From Flavobacteriales bacterium (lineage in GTDB: Bacteria; Bacteroidota; Bacteroidia; JANQJC01): a DNA stretch of 64,000 nucleotides. The DNA lies in the NCBI GenBank assembly GCA_028281825.1, contig JANQJC010000100.1, positions 9,854-73,853 on the forward strand, given 5' to 3'. The notes under the pieces are model-generated. The model was given only the letters and a program-made list of their open reading frames with translations. It ran no database searches and had not been told where the DNA came from. Every line of letters begins with the position of its first letter. The stretch's first letter is position 1. Shown here piece by piece: positions 37,513-47,900 of this stretch. Made by a program: the position numbers and the translations under genes.

Positions 37513-38919
37513 ATGAGTAAATACGATGTGGCCGTTATCGGCTCTGGTCCTGGTGGATATATAGCAGCAATCAGGTGTTCGCAATTGGGTATGAAAACAG
37601 CAATTATTGAGCGTTACCCCACACTTGGAGGAACTTGTTTGAATGTGGGTTGTATCCCTTCAAAAGCCCTGCTTGACTCATCAGAGCACTATCACAATGC
37701 CCAAACACACTTTGAGACGCACGGTATTAATACAGGTAAGCTAAGCGTAAACTTTGGGCAAATGATAAAGCGCAAGGCAGAAGTAGTGCAGCAAACTTGT
37801 GATGGTGTGGCTTTTCTTATGAAAAAGAACAAGATTGATGTATATGAAGGCCACGGCTCATTTTTAGATAAAAACACTATTGAGGTAGCTAAGAATGATG
37901 GCAAGAAAGAAAAGATAGAAGCTGGAAAAGTAATTATAGCTACTGGTTCAAAGCCAGCCAGCATACCTGGCGTGGAGATTGACAAGAAAAGGATAATCAC
38001 TTCAACTGAAGCATTGAGCCTTTCTGAGATACCAAAATCAATGGTAGTGATTGGTGGCGGGGTGATAGGTTTGGAGATTGGTTCTGTGTATGCACGCTTG
38101 GGAACTGAAGTATCTGTGGTTGAGTTCACCGACTCATTGATTGGTACCATGGATGCTACCATGGGCAAGGAACTTCAGAAAGTATTGAAAAAATTGGGCT
38201 TTAAATTCTATTTAGGCCACAAGGTTACCGAAGTATCTTCGAGAGGCAAAACGGTTACGGTAAAGGCAGAAAACCTAAAGAAAGGCGATACTATTGAGTT
38301 AAAAGGTGATTATTGCCTGGTATCGGTTGGTCGCAAGGCATATACTGATAACCTGGGCTTGGATAAGATAGGTATCAAAACGGACGAAAGGGGAAGGGTG
38401 GAAGTAGATGGAAACCTTGAAACCAATGTAAAAGGCATCTACGCCATAGGTGATGTGGTAAAGGGCGCAATGCTGGCCCACAAGGCGGAAGAAGAAGGTG
38501 TTTTTGTGGCAGAGATTATGGCAGGTCAAAAGCCGCATATCAATTACAACTTAATTCCATCAGTAGTATACACGTGGCCTGAAGTGGCTAGTGTTGGTTA
38601 TACAGAGCAGCAGCTAAAGGAACAAGGCCGTGAGTATAAAACAGGTACTTGCCCTTTCAGGGCCATAGCCCGTGCCCGCGCTAGCATTGACTTGGATGGC
38701 CAGGTGAAGGTATTAGCTGATGCCGAGACGGACGAAATATTGGGTGTTCACATCATAGGCCCTCGCGCTGCCGATATGATAGCTGAAGGGGTAGTGGCTA
38801 TGGAATACCGTGCTTCGGCCGAAGATATTGCTCGTATGAGCCATGCTCACCCTACATTTACTGAAGCCATCAAGGAGGCTTGTTTAGACGCAACTGATAA
38901 AAGAGCATTGAACCTGTAA
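37513..38919 (+). CDS. lpdA: Dihydrolipoyl dehydrogenase
   Basis: GSGPGGY, GGTCLNVGCIPSK, MLAHKAEEEG, HAHPTFTE. Confidence 0.96.
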   Translation: MSKYDVAVIGSGPGGYIAAIRCSQLGMKTAIIERYPTLGGTCLNVGCIPSKALLDSSEHYHNAQTHFETHGINTGKLSVNFGQMIKRKAEVVQQTCDGVAFLMKKNKIDVYEGHGSFLDKNTIEVAKNDGKKEKIEAGKVIIATGSKPASIPGVEIDKKRIITSTEALSLSEIPKSMVVIGGGVIGLEIGSVYARLGTEVSVVEFTDSLIGTMDATMGKELQKVLKKLGFKFYLGHKVTEVSSRGKTVTVKAENLKKGDTIELKGDYCLVSVGRKAYTDNLGLDKIGIKTDERGRVEVDGNLETNVKGIYAIGDVVKGAMLAHKAEEEGVFVAEIMAGQKPHINYNLIPSVVYTWPEVASVGYTEQQLKEQGREYKTGTCPFRAIARARASIDLDGQVKVLADAETDEILGVHIIGPRAADMIAEGVVAMEYRASAEDIARMSHAHPTFTEAIKEACLDATDKRALNL

Positions 38920-39926
38920 TGGCTAAAACAGGGGTTCTTCTTATAAATCTTGGTACGCCTGATAGCCCCAAAGTGCGGGATGTAAGGCGATATCTTACCC
39001 AGTTCCTGAATGATCCTAGGGTGATTGATATCCCATGGCTTTGGAGAAAGCTATTGGTTAACTTTATCATTGTACCCTTTCGTGCGCCTAAGTCAGCTAA
39101 GATATACCACAACTTATGGACAGAAAATGGTTCGCCTTTATTGTATTACGGTGAGCAAGTCAAGGATAAGCTTCAAACTCATTTAGGGGCTGATTACCAT
39201 GTAGAGTTAGCTATGCGCTATCAAAATCCATCTATTCCATCAATCTTGGACAAGATGCGCAAAATGAACTTCGAGAAGTTGATTATTATTCCGCTTTATC
39301 CGCAATATGCATCGTCATCCACTGGCTCTACCATGGAAGAAGTAATGCACGTGATAAAAAGCTGGTGGGTGGTGCCAGAAATAAGTATAGTTAGCCAGTT
39401 TTATGACCACCCAGGTTTTATCAATGCCTTTACAGAGATTGGAAAGAAATATCCGCATGAGAATTATGACCACGTAATTTTCAGTTTTCATGGCCTGCCT
39501 GAAAGGCAAGTGGATAAGGTCTATGAGAGCGGCTTTTGCACTGATAGGGATTGTAAGCATGAAATAACCCAAGAGAACCAGTTTTGCTACAAAGCAACTA
39601 GCTATGCAACAGCCCGCATGTTGGCTGAGAAACTAAATATCCCTCAAGAGAAATATACCGTTAGCTTCCAAAGTAGGTTAGATGATAAATGGATAAAACC
39701 CTACTCAGATAAAGTAGTGGAGAAGATGGCGAAAGAAGGGGCTAAAAAACTACTTATCTTCTCACCCGCATTTGTAGCTGATTGCCTTGAAACGATTATT
39801 GAGATAGGTGATGAATATGATGAAATATTCAAAGAGCATGGCGGCGAAAGTGTTCAGTTGGTTGAGAGCTTGAATGACCACCCACTTTGGATTGATACGC
39901 TGGCTAATATTGCCAAAACAAGATAG
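38919..39926 (+). CDS. hemH: Ferrochelatase
   Basis: LINLGTP, FLNDPRVI, AMRYQNPS, PLYPQYASSSTG, FSFHGLP, FQSR, W.KPY, FVADCLET. Confidence 0.96.
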   Translation: MAKTGVLLINLGTPDSPKVRDVRRYLTQFLNDPRVIDIPWLWRKLLVNFIIVPFRAPKSAKIYHNLWTENGSPLLYYGEQVKDKLQTHLGADYHVELAMRYQNPSIPSILDKMRKMNFEKLIIIPLYPQYASSSTGSTMEEVMHVIKSWWVVPEISIVSQFYDHPGFINAFTEIGKKYPHENYDHVIFSFHGLPERQVDKVYESGFCTDRDCKHEITQENQFCYKATSYATARMLAEKLNIPQEKYTVSFQSRLDDKWIKPYSDKVVEKMAKEGAKKLLIFSPAFVADCLETIIEIGDEYDEIFKEHGGESVQLVESLNDHPLWIDTLANIAKTR

Positions 39927-39974
39927 AAACAAAAAAGGCCCACCATTTAGTGAGCCTTTTTTGTTTCTATCTTG
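39919..39974. terminator. Strong bidirectional terminator
   Basis: Perfect 21-bp inverted repeat CAAGATAGAAACAAAAAAGGC / GCCTTTTTTGTTTCTATCTTG between convergent genes. Confidence 0.88.
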
Positions 39975-39980
39975 AGCTAA

Positions 39981-41585
39981 TTAATTAAGCATCACGCGCT
40001 TGCTAATAGCCTTTTGTTCGTTTCTCAAAGTAAGCATGTAGATACCACGGGCATAGTTGGCTACATTCAACTTCACCTGGTTAGTGCCAGCATAAGTTCT
40101 GCCGCTTTCCTCAATCATCAACCTACCTTGTATATCATAAAGTGTAGCAGTATAAAGATCCCCGTCACCAGCAGTAAAGGCAATGTTCATGTTACCAGTA
40201 CCATCGTCATAAGCTGATATCAGGCCAAATTCATTGTCATTATCAGAGCAACTCACGGCAACCAGGTCTGAGTAGTCAAAGTTACCATCAAAGTCAGTTT
40301 GCTTAATGCGGTAGTATGAAGTACCAGAATACGGATACTTGTCTTCCACTTCGTAGCTGTTCAATTGGCTGGTGGTTCCAGCACCGTCAATTACAGCCAC
40401 TTCTTCAAAGAAGGTACCATCCTGGCTTCTCTCTACTGTAAAGTAATCGTTATTGGTTTCTGAAGCTGTTGTCCAGTTAATTTTTACGGAACCATCATTA
40501 CAATTAGCTGTAAACTTAATTAACTCGATAGGCAACGGGTCACTATTATCAACCAACGTCCACACATCATAATAGTCAAGCTCATTGTTTAAGATAACAG
40601 TAAGCTTGTTTGTTGAAGCATTAGTCAAATCACTATACAACCAATCCAACCAAAGGTCATCAATATCATTGTAGCGTTGCGCTACTAATTGAGACTCGGT
40701 TATTTGGTTAGTTCCCTGGTTCCAATCATCATCGTCATAAGTAAAAGTGTATTCAATTAATGGCCATGTCGTCGTGTAACCATTAGACTGCATATTATTA
40801 TCAATTACCCAGTAGCGGTCAAGTACCCAATCCATGTTATCCTGACCAAAGTCATCTGTCATGTGTTGAACACCAGTTGGCCATGGTAAGTTAGTGGTAT
40901 GGTCCGTAGTTGGGTAAGTAGAAAACTGAACACGACCCATTGAACCACCCGAACCAACATTTTGGATGTCATATTCAAGTTCAAGATTTGTTGGAGTTCC
41001 TTCATTAGTTCCAAAAGGTATAACATAAGTGCCCGGATTGTTGCCAATGTTCCAATCAACAATACCATAACCAGCACCCGGGCCAGTTTCACTGATGATA
41101 TAACCACTCGTTTCTGATATGGCAGTAGTAGCACTGCTTTCTACAAATAGTGTGTTACTATTCAAGTCAAGTTCAGTGCTTGTAATATCAATTTGATTGT
41201 CTACAACCGCATTTACACCATCTAATCTTTTTCTGGCATTTGTAAGGTTCAAATTATAGAAGTTGGTAGGTTGGGAACCCTCAATATCTTGAGCAGACGC
41301 ACCATTTAAGTGAACTGTACCTGAAGCAGATGAGAAAACACCACCAGCGTCGTTGTTTTCCCAATCACCATTTACATAGATATCTCCGCTGTTATCAATC
41401 GTGCCACCACTCTCATTTACAAACTTAACAGTAGAACCGCCTGAGCCTATTACAAGATGGGTGCCTGAATTAACAACAATTTTTGCGTTGTCGTTTATGA
41501 ATTCGCCTTGGGCAAAGGCCGTGGAAACAGCAAAACTTAGCCCTAGTGCTAAAACGAAGTACTTTGAAGTATATAATTTATTCAT
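39981..41585 (-). CDS. T9SS type-A CTD protein
   Basis: Signal AFA-Q; PLPIELIKFTA...WTTASETNNDYFTVERS...YYRIKQTDFDG domain; C-terminal GIYMLTL...KRVMLN. Confidence 0.85.
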   Translation of the reverse strand: MNKLYTSKYFVLALGLSFAVSTAFAQGEFINDNAKIVVNSGTHLVIGSGGSTVKFVNESGGTIDNSGDIYVNGDWENNDAGGVFSSASGTVHLNGASAQDIEGSQPTNFYNLNLTNARKRLDGVNAVVDNQIDITSTELDLNSNTLFVESSATTAISETSGYIISETGPGAGYGIVDWNIGNNPGTYVIPFGTNEGTPTNLELEYDIQNVGSGGSMGRVQFSTYPTTDHTTNLPWPTGVQHMTDDFGQDNMDWVLDRYWVIDNNMQSNGYTTTWPLIEYTFTYDDDDWNQGTNQITESQLVAQRYNDIDDLWLDWLYSDLTNASTNKLTVILNNELDYYDVWTLVDNSDPLPIELIKFTANCNDGSVKINWTTASETNNDYFTVERSQDGTFFEEVAVIDGAGTTSQLNSYEVEDKYPYSGTSYYRIKQTDFDGNFDYSDLVAVSCSDNDNEFGLISAYDDGTGNMNIAFTAGDGDLYTATLYDIQGRLMIEESGRTYAGTNQVKLNVANYARGIYMLTLRNEQKAISKRVMLN

Positions 41586-41601
41586 CTCTTGATGATTTAT
41601 G

Positions 41602-41609
41602 CAAATTTA
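41602..41609 (-). promoter_or_regulatory. Bacteroidota -7 promoter element
   Basis: TAAATTTG on the minus strand 16 nt before the start at 41585. Confidence 0.55.
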
Positions 41610-41870
41610 ACTTTTTGTTGGACTAAAACCCATTTTCCCTAGTTAATTTCATGTAAACTTACGATAAATGAGCCTAACTAAGGAGCCAATATTCTTTATT
41701 ATTTAAGTTTCTGTTGTCTTATTCTTCAGCTAACCAGTTAAAAATCCACTTTCTCAAAAACATTTTTTCTGAACGAAAGATACCTAAAAAAGTTCTTCCC
41801 ATTTGATGTTAATCGACCAACGACAGTCTTCAATTGATTATTAACTTCGCACTCTTCTACTTGAGTTAGT

Positions 41871-43163
41871 GTGAGAAAGTTTAAGAAAATCGACGAACGA
41901 CCATCCCCACAGTTTTGGGATAATTTGATTCTATGGTTAGATAGTAATGAAACATTTGTGTTTCAAAATGCGAATAGTTTCGATTTGAATGGTTACAAGC
42001 CTCGTTTTCAATATGTTGCAGCTGTCGGTAGCCTAAGGCAAACTGAATCTCGGTCAGCTAATGGCTTTGAAGAATTGAAGGAGCTACTTAAAACTAAAGA
42101 TTGGACTTTTGGTTTTTTTACCTACGACCTTAAAAATCAGGTGGAGAATCTGAGCTCCTCCAATGATGATGAAATACAGATGCCTGAAATATACTTCTTT
42201 CAACCCAAATGGCTCTTTTTGATGGACGATAATGGCCTACAAATAGGTTATGATGATGAAAAAAGCACGAAGCAGGAGATAACCCAACTGATAACTGAGA
42301 TAGAAAATTTCAAAGCCCCAAGTCCTAAGGCTAATACTTTTGAGATTAAGAGTAAGGTAAGTAAAGAGAAGTACCTCGATAACATCAGTAAAATCAAGCA
42401 GCACATACAGTATGGGGATGTTTACGAGCTGAATTATTGTATTGAGCATTATGCGGAGAACACACTAATTAGCCCACCCACTGTTTATCAAAAGCTAAAC
42501 GAGGCCAATCCGGCACCATTTTCTTGCCTTTGCAAGGTGGATGGCAAATATCTTATATCAGCCAGCCCTGAGCGGTTTATGAGAAAAGAGGGTAATACAG
42601 TTATCAGTCAACCTATGAAGGGCACTACCAAACGCGGGCAGAATCCCAATGATGACGAAATGTTGAAGAGCCAGTTATACAGGAATCCAAAAGAGCGGGC
42701 AGAAAATGTAATGATTGTAGATTTGGTGAGGAATGATCTTTCGCACTCGGCTCAAAAAGGCAGTGTTGAGGTAGAGGAACTTTTTGGGGTATATACCTTT
42801 CCACATGTACACCAAATGATTTCTACAGTCAAAGCGCAGTTAAAGGAAGATATTCATGTGGTGGACTTGATAAAGCAAGCCTTTCCTATGGGCTCAATGA
42901 CGGGTGCCCCCAAAATAAGGGCTATGGAACTAATAGAAGAATTTGAAGTGACTAAAAGAGGGCTTTTTTCTGGCTCGGTGGGCTATTTCACACCTGACTG
43001 CGATTTTGATTTCAACGTTATCATTCGCAGCATACTATATAATTCTCATAATAAGTATGTATCTTTCAAGACAGGAGGGGCTATAACTATCAACTCAGAT
43101 CCCGAGAGAGAATATGAAGAATGCCTCCTAAAAGCAAAGGCAATGAAGCAGGCTTTATCATGA
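41871..43163 (+). CDS. pabB: Aminodeoxychorismate synthase component I (chorismate-binding)
   Basis: SASPERF, QPMKGT, KERAENVMIVDLVRNDL, FPMGSMTGAPK, FNVIIRS. Confidence 0.85.
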   Translation: MRKFKKIDERPSPQFWDNLILWLDSNETFVFQNANSFDLNGYKPRFQYVAAVGSLRQTESRSANGFEELKELLKTKDWTFGFFTYDLKNQVENLSSSNDDEIQMPEIYFFQPKWLFLMDDNGLQIGYDDEKSTKQEITQLITEIENFKAPSPKANTFEIKSKVSKEKYLDNISKIKQHIQYGDVYELNYCIEHYAENTLISPPTVYQKLNEANPAPFSCLCKVDGKYLISASPERFMRKEGNTVISQPMKGTTKRGQNPNDDEMLKSQLYRNPKERAENVMIVDLVRNDLSHSAQKGSVEVEELFGVYTFPHVHQMISTVKAQLKEDIHVVDLIKQAFPMGSMTGAPKIRAMELIEEFEVTKRGLFSGSVGYFTPDCDFDFNVIIRSILYNSHNKYVSFKTGGAITINSDPEREYEECLLKAKAMKQALS

Positions 43164-44494
43164 TAAAGAAATTCAAAGAGTTCATCAAGAACCATAAGCT
43201 TTTCAAGAAGAAAGAAAAGATACTGCTCACGGTCAGTGGTGGTGTGGATTCAGTGGTGATGTGCCATTTGTTTCGGGAGGCGGGGTATAGTTTTGGTATT
43301 GCTCATTGCAACTTTCAGTTAAGGGGTGAAGAGTCAGATGAAGACGAGAATTTTGTAAAGAAGTTGGCGAAAAAGTTTGAAGTGCCCTTTCATGCCATCA
43401 GGTTTGATACGGCAGCCCACAGCAAAAAACATAAAATCACAATTCAAGAAGCGGCTCGGGACCTAAGGTATGAATGGTTTGAGGAGATAAGGGAAAGCAA
43501 CGGTTATAACTGGATTGCAACCGCTCACCATAAAGATGATTCGATAGAAACATTTGTCTATAACCTTATCAGGGGGACTGGCATTGCTGGTTTACATGGC
43601 ATTATCGAGAAAAAAGGAAAGGTAGTTCGCCCGCTTTTGTTTGCATCAAAGCAGGAGGTAGTAGATTATGCTGAAACCCACAAGTTGAAATTCAGGGAGG
43701 ATAGTAGTAACAAGTCCAACAAATACTCACGAAACAAGATTAGGAACAAGGTAATGCCCTTGCTGCGTGAAGTAAACCAGGCGGCAGACCATCATGTTGC
43801 AATGGAAATTGAAAGGCTTCGCGAGGTAGAAGGCATCTACCAAAGTTGGATGGCCTTTCAGAAAGAGTGGTGCGTGATAAAAAAAGGGAAAGAGACTCAT
43901 ATTGCCATTGAAATACTGCTAGCTTCTGGTTATCCTGAGCCACTTTTGTTTGAGATACTCAAACCCTATGGCTTTCATGGAGAAATAGTCAAGGATATCG
44001 TATTCAATCTCAAGCGCGAAGCTGGCAAAAGGTTTTTTTCTAACAGCCATGAGGTACTCAAGGACAGGGAATATCTTGTATTGAGAAAGAGGACAACTGC
44101 AAAAAACAAAGATTCATACACCATTGATGAGGGTTTAACAGGGCTGAAAGAACCTATTGTGTTGGAATTTGAAAGCACTTCCAATTCAAGAGATTTTAAA
44201 ATCCCACCTGGTAAGAAAATAGCCTGTATAGATGCTGATAAGTTGACATTTCCCTTGACCTTGAGAAAGTGGAAACGAGGAGATTATTTCTTTCCATTGG
44301 GCATGAAAGGCAAGAAAAAACTGAGCGATTTTTTTGTAGATAATAAGCTATCCCTTTTTGATAAAGAAAACACTTGGATTTTAACCTCAGGTAATAAAAT
44401 AGTTTGGATAGTAGGTTACCGCGTTGATAATCGATTTAAAGTTGGAAAAGACACAAAAAAGATTTACCTTTTTACTTTCAAACAACCAACTTAA
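43160..44494 (+). CDS. tilS: tRNA(Ile)-lysidine synthetase
   Basis: VSGGVDS, HCNFQLRG, ARDLRY, TAHHKDD, RPLL, EDSSN...RNKIR; start ATG 43160 (ATGA overlap). Confidence 0.95.
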   Translation: MIKKFKEFIKNHKLFKKKEKILLTVSGGVDSVVMCHLFREAGYSFGIAHCNFQLRGEESDEDENFVKKLAKKFEVPFHAIRFDTAAHSKKHKITIQEAARDLRYEWFEEIRESNGYNWIATAHHKDDSIETFVYNLIRGTGIAGLHGIIEKKGKVVRPLLFASKQEVVDYAETHKLKFREDSSNKSNKYSRNKIRNKVMPLLREVNQAADHHVAMEIERLREVEGIYQSWMAFQKEWCVIKKGKETHIAIEILLASGYPEPLLFEILKPYGFHGEIVKDIVFNLKREAGKRFFSNSHEVLKDREYLVLRKRTTAKNKDSYTIDEGLTGLKEPIVLEFESTSNSRDFKIPPGKKIACIDADKLTFPLTLRKWKRGDYFFPLGMKGKKKLSDFFVDNKLSLFDKENTWILTSGNKIVWIVGYRVDNRFKVGKDTKKIYLFTFKQPT

Positions 44495-44505
44495 AGTTCT
44501 GTTCT

Positions 44506-44799
44506 ATGGAAAACGTTCAATTCCAACCGATTGAGATTCCGAAAGAAATCATCAATCATCTCAGGTTCCCAACAGGTGACGTGCTCAACAGTGAGGAAGA
44601 TAAAGAGGTAAGAAGGCGTAATTTAATGCGCGCGTTGGCCTTGGGCAATCTTGAACACCACAAAATTACTACCTATTTTGAAGACGGTGAAGGCCTTAAG
44701 TACGTAAATACCACTTATTGGGGCGTTACAGATGACAACGTAATCCTTAAATATGGAATGATAATTCCTATCTGTAGGATTCGCCGAATTGTTATTTAA
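44506..44799 (+). CDS. Conserved hypothetical small protein
   Basis: RALALGNLEHHK...TT.WGVT...LK.G..IPI pattern familiar from Bacteroidota; good coding character. Confidence 0.7.
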   Translation: MENVQFQPIEIPKEIINHLRFPTGDVLNSEEDKEVRRRNLMRALALGNLEHHKITTYFEDGEGLKYVNTTYWGVTDDNVILKYGMIIPICRIRRIVI

Positions 44800-44924
44800 T
44801 CCAAAGCCTTTTTTCTTCACCAGCATATTCGACTGAAGGCAGCTTTTTATTAACTCAGCATTACCTTTCATGCAAGTGATGGCGATTTCTGTTACTGCAA
44901 GGGCTTTGTATTTGTGATAATAGG

Positions 44925-44932
44925 TATCTTTG
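44925..44932 (+). promoter_or_regulatory. Bacteroidota -7 promoter element
   Basis: TATCTTTG upstream of ATG 44956. Confidence 0.55.
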
Positions 44933-44955
44933 CTCAACAACAAAGATATTTCACT

Positions 44956-47900
44956 ATGAAATTTAAAGTAATTGCCGTTACTCTTTTATCAATTATATCT
45001 ATTGCTGCACTGGGTCAGGCGCCCGTTGCTTATAGTCCTTCAGGGCCATATCCTTGGGGAACACAAACAACATTCTCTTGGAGTTCGGTACCGGGGGCTA
45101 GTTCATATTATGTAGAAATTTCTAGATACAACACATTTGATTGGGGCGCCACTTGGGGTATATCCAATATTTCAGGGACTACAGTGACTTGGAATAACCT
45201 TGCCAATCCTAATAATGGAGAAACGTTTTATTGGCGCGTTAGGGTGAGTAATTCCAGCACATGGTCTAATGTGCGGAGCTACACTTATACCGATCAGCAG
45301 ATTAACTACTACATCAATATTAACCAACCATCTTCCCCCATATCCATATGTGCTGGTGGATCAGTATTTGTAAGCGGATCATCTAACTATTCTGGAGGAT
45401 ACAGTTGGACATTGCCAGGAGCCACGCCATCTAGTTTAAACAGCAGTTCAGGTACAGTAGTATACAATACACCAGGAACTTACAATATCACTTTTAGAAA
45501 AGGCTCTCATACAGAAACCGAGTATAATTATATCACTGTGCTTGCTCCGCCAGACGGTAATATTATTGAAGCTCCTAATAATGGACGTTTTTGTCAAGGC
45601 GGTCAAATCACACTTACAGAAGCACACATCCATGAAAATGGAGATACTTATCAATGGCTTTTGGATGGAAACAATATACAAGGTGCAACTGATACGACAC
45701 TTACAGTCACATCACCGGGTAATTATTCGCTTGAGATAACAAATAATTCATGTGCTTCTATCTCAAACGTTATACCCGTGCAATACTTCAATGCCGACTT
45801 ACTGCAATCACCCACAACCTATCATTGCGATGGTCACACCGTTCCACTTACTAGTAGCACGGGAGTGCCTGGTTGTTCTTATGTTTGGTACAAGGATGGA
45901 AATGTAGTTCCTGGCGCTTCAGATTCTATATTAACCGTGATGGCCCCTGGCGATTACTATGTGGTGGCAGATATGCCTGGCGGGGGATGCCCCACTACTT
46001 CGCAAACAATTACTGTTCAAACTAATACTACTTACCCTACTGCTGATATATTACAGGGGACTTCAACTAACCTGTGTATTGGCGATACGGCAGAACTGAA
46101 TGCTTATGAAGGGGTTAACTATACATATCAATGGCTTTTTAATGATGTTGTTATATCAGGAGCCGATAGCACATCTATAATGGCAAGTCAATCAGGTGAA
46201 TATACACTACAGACTAATTACAATAATTGTATCTCATATGATACTCTTGAGATAATACCTATTGATAACCCAATCGTTACTATAGAGCCTACCCCTGGAT
46301 GTAATGGCCTTAATCAATATGTGCGGGCAGTTTCTCCCAACGCTACTCAGTTTAATTGGCACAACGGTATGCAAGGGGATTCTATTTTCTTAATAAACCC
46401 TGGTTTTGTGAAAGTAATTGCAATCGACAATAATGGATGTGATACAGAGGCAGAATATTTCCCCGACCCTTGCTATTGTTTGGGCGGAACATATAGAGTG
46501 GGTCCAACTGGTGAGATACCAGACATTCAAAAGCTAAATGGAATTTTAGATACAGCCTGCACTATGACAGGCCCGGCCACCTTCTTGTTTGAAACGGGAA
46601 CGTATGCTGGTAGAATCACACAATCGGCTGATAGTATTCTTGGAAACACGGCTGCAAGACCAATTACTTTTGAGTCAGAAAGTGGTATAGCATCTGACGT
46701 GGTAATTGAGTATGACTCCACTACAAATAGAGGAGGTTTAGGGTTTAAATCAAAGTATATGAACCTGAAGAATATGACCTTTACCTTTTTCGAAGACAGA
46801 AATGGACATGTAGTAAGCATAGGTAATTTTGATGGTGACCCAAATGATGCGGCTTATGTAGTAGACAACGTTCATGTGATTGGCGATAGCGTGAGAGGGA
46901 TGGAGTTTGACAAAGGAAAAGTCACATTAACCAATAGTTCCATTGAATGTCACGACTACGAGGGTGTTTTCCTTGATGATTGCATTGATGTTAAGCTAAT
47001 CAATAATGAGATAAAATTCATTGAGGATGATGGTATTAGACTTTACGATTGTATTAATGTTCATTTAAAGGGCAATAAAGTAAAATACAGTCAAAATGTA
47101 GGAAGGCTAAAACATGCAATAAATCTTTTCCGTTGCGGTGGAGAAATAATAATTGAGAAAAACCTAATACAAACAACTAATTCGAGTGGTATATGTGTAA
47201 CATCTCCCTTGCCAGGAGCAAACAATACATTAGAAGTATCCAATAACATGGTATGTATGTACACATCTGGCTTGGCGCAGTTTAGCAGTACTTCTATTAC
47301 TTCAGGTATTAGTTTACTTAATCTTGACTTGCCAACCAAAGTTTATCACAATTCTGTTTCAAACAGGCAATTGGGTGCGCCAGACCACGCAAGGTCGGTG
47401 GCTTTTAGAATTCGGTTTGAAGACCCATATAATAATAGTGGTTTTGATATGGTTGGCAACAGCTCTTATGGGCTAAGTACAAATCTTTATATGACCCAGC
47501 ATGACCCATCTTACAATATCAATATGGATTATAACAACTGGTATCAGACTAATAATAATCACTACCAATTTGCAATTAATAACACAGCATATGGTAGCAT
47601 AAACGTTCTAAGGAATAATACAGATTACGAAGATCATGGGGTGAGTAGGGATCCAGAATATGTATCTATGACATTTACTAATTTGGTGGATTGCGACCTC
47701 CATACTGGAAATAATCTTTTAAGAAATATCGGTGACCCATCCATTGGTGTGTTTGATGATTATGATGGACATGCGCGCTACCAACCAGATTTAGGTGCTG
47801 ATGAATTGACTGTGGCCGATTTGGAAATGACAGACTTATCTGGGGTGAGCCCATCTAGTTGTCAAGGGGTATATGATTTTTCAAATGACAGTATCTTTAC

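Noticed and set aside
39919-39974. MITE/REP element
   Set aside because: Single copy in the window between convergent stops; adequately explained as a bidirectional terminator.
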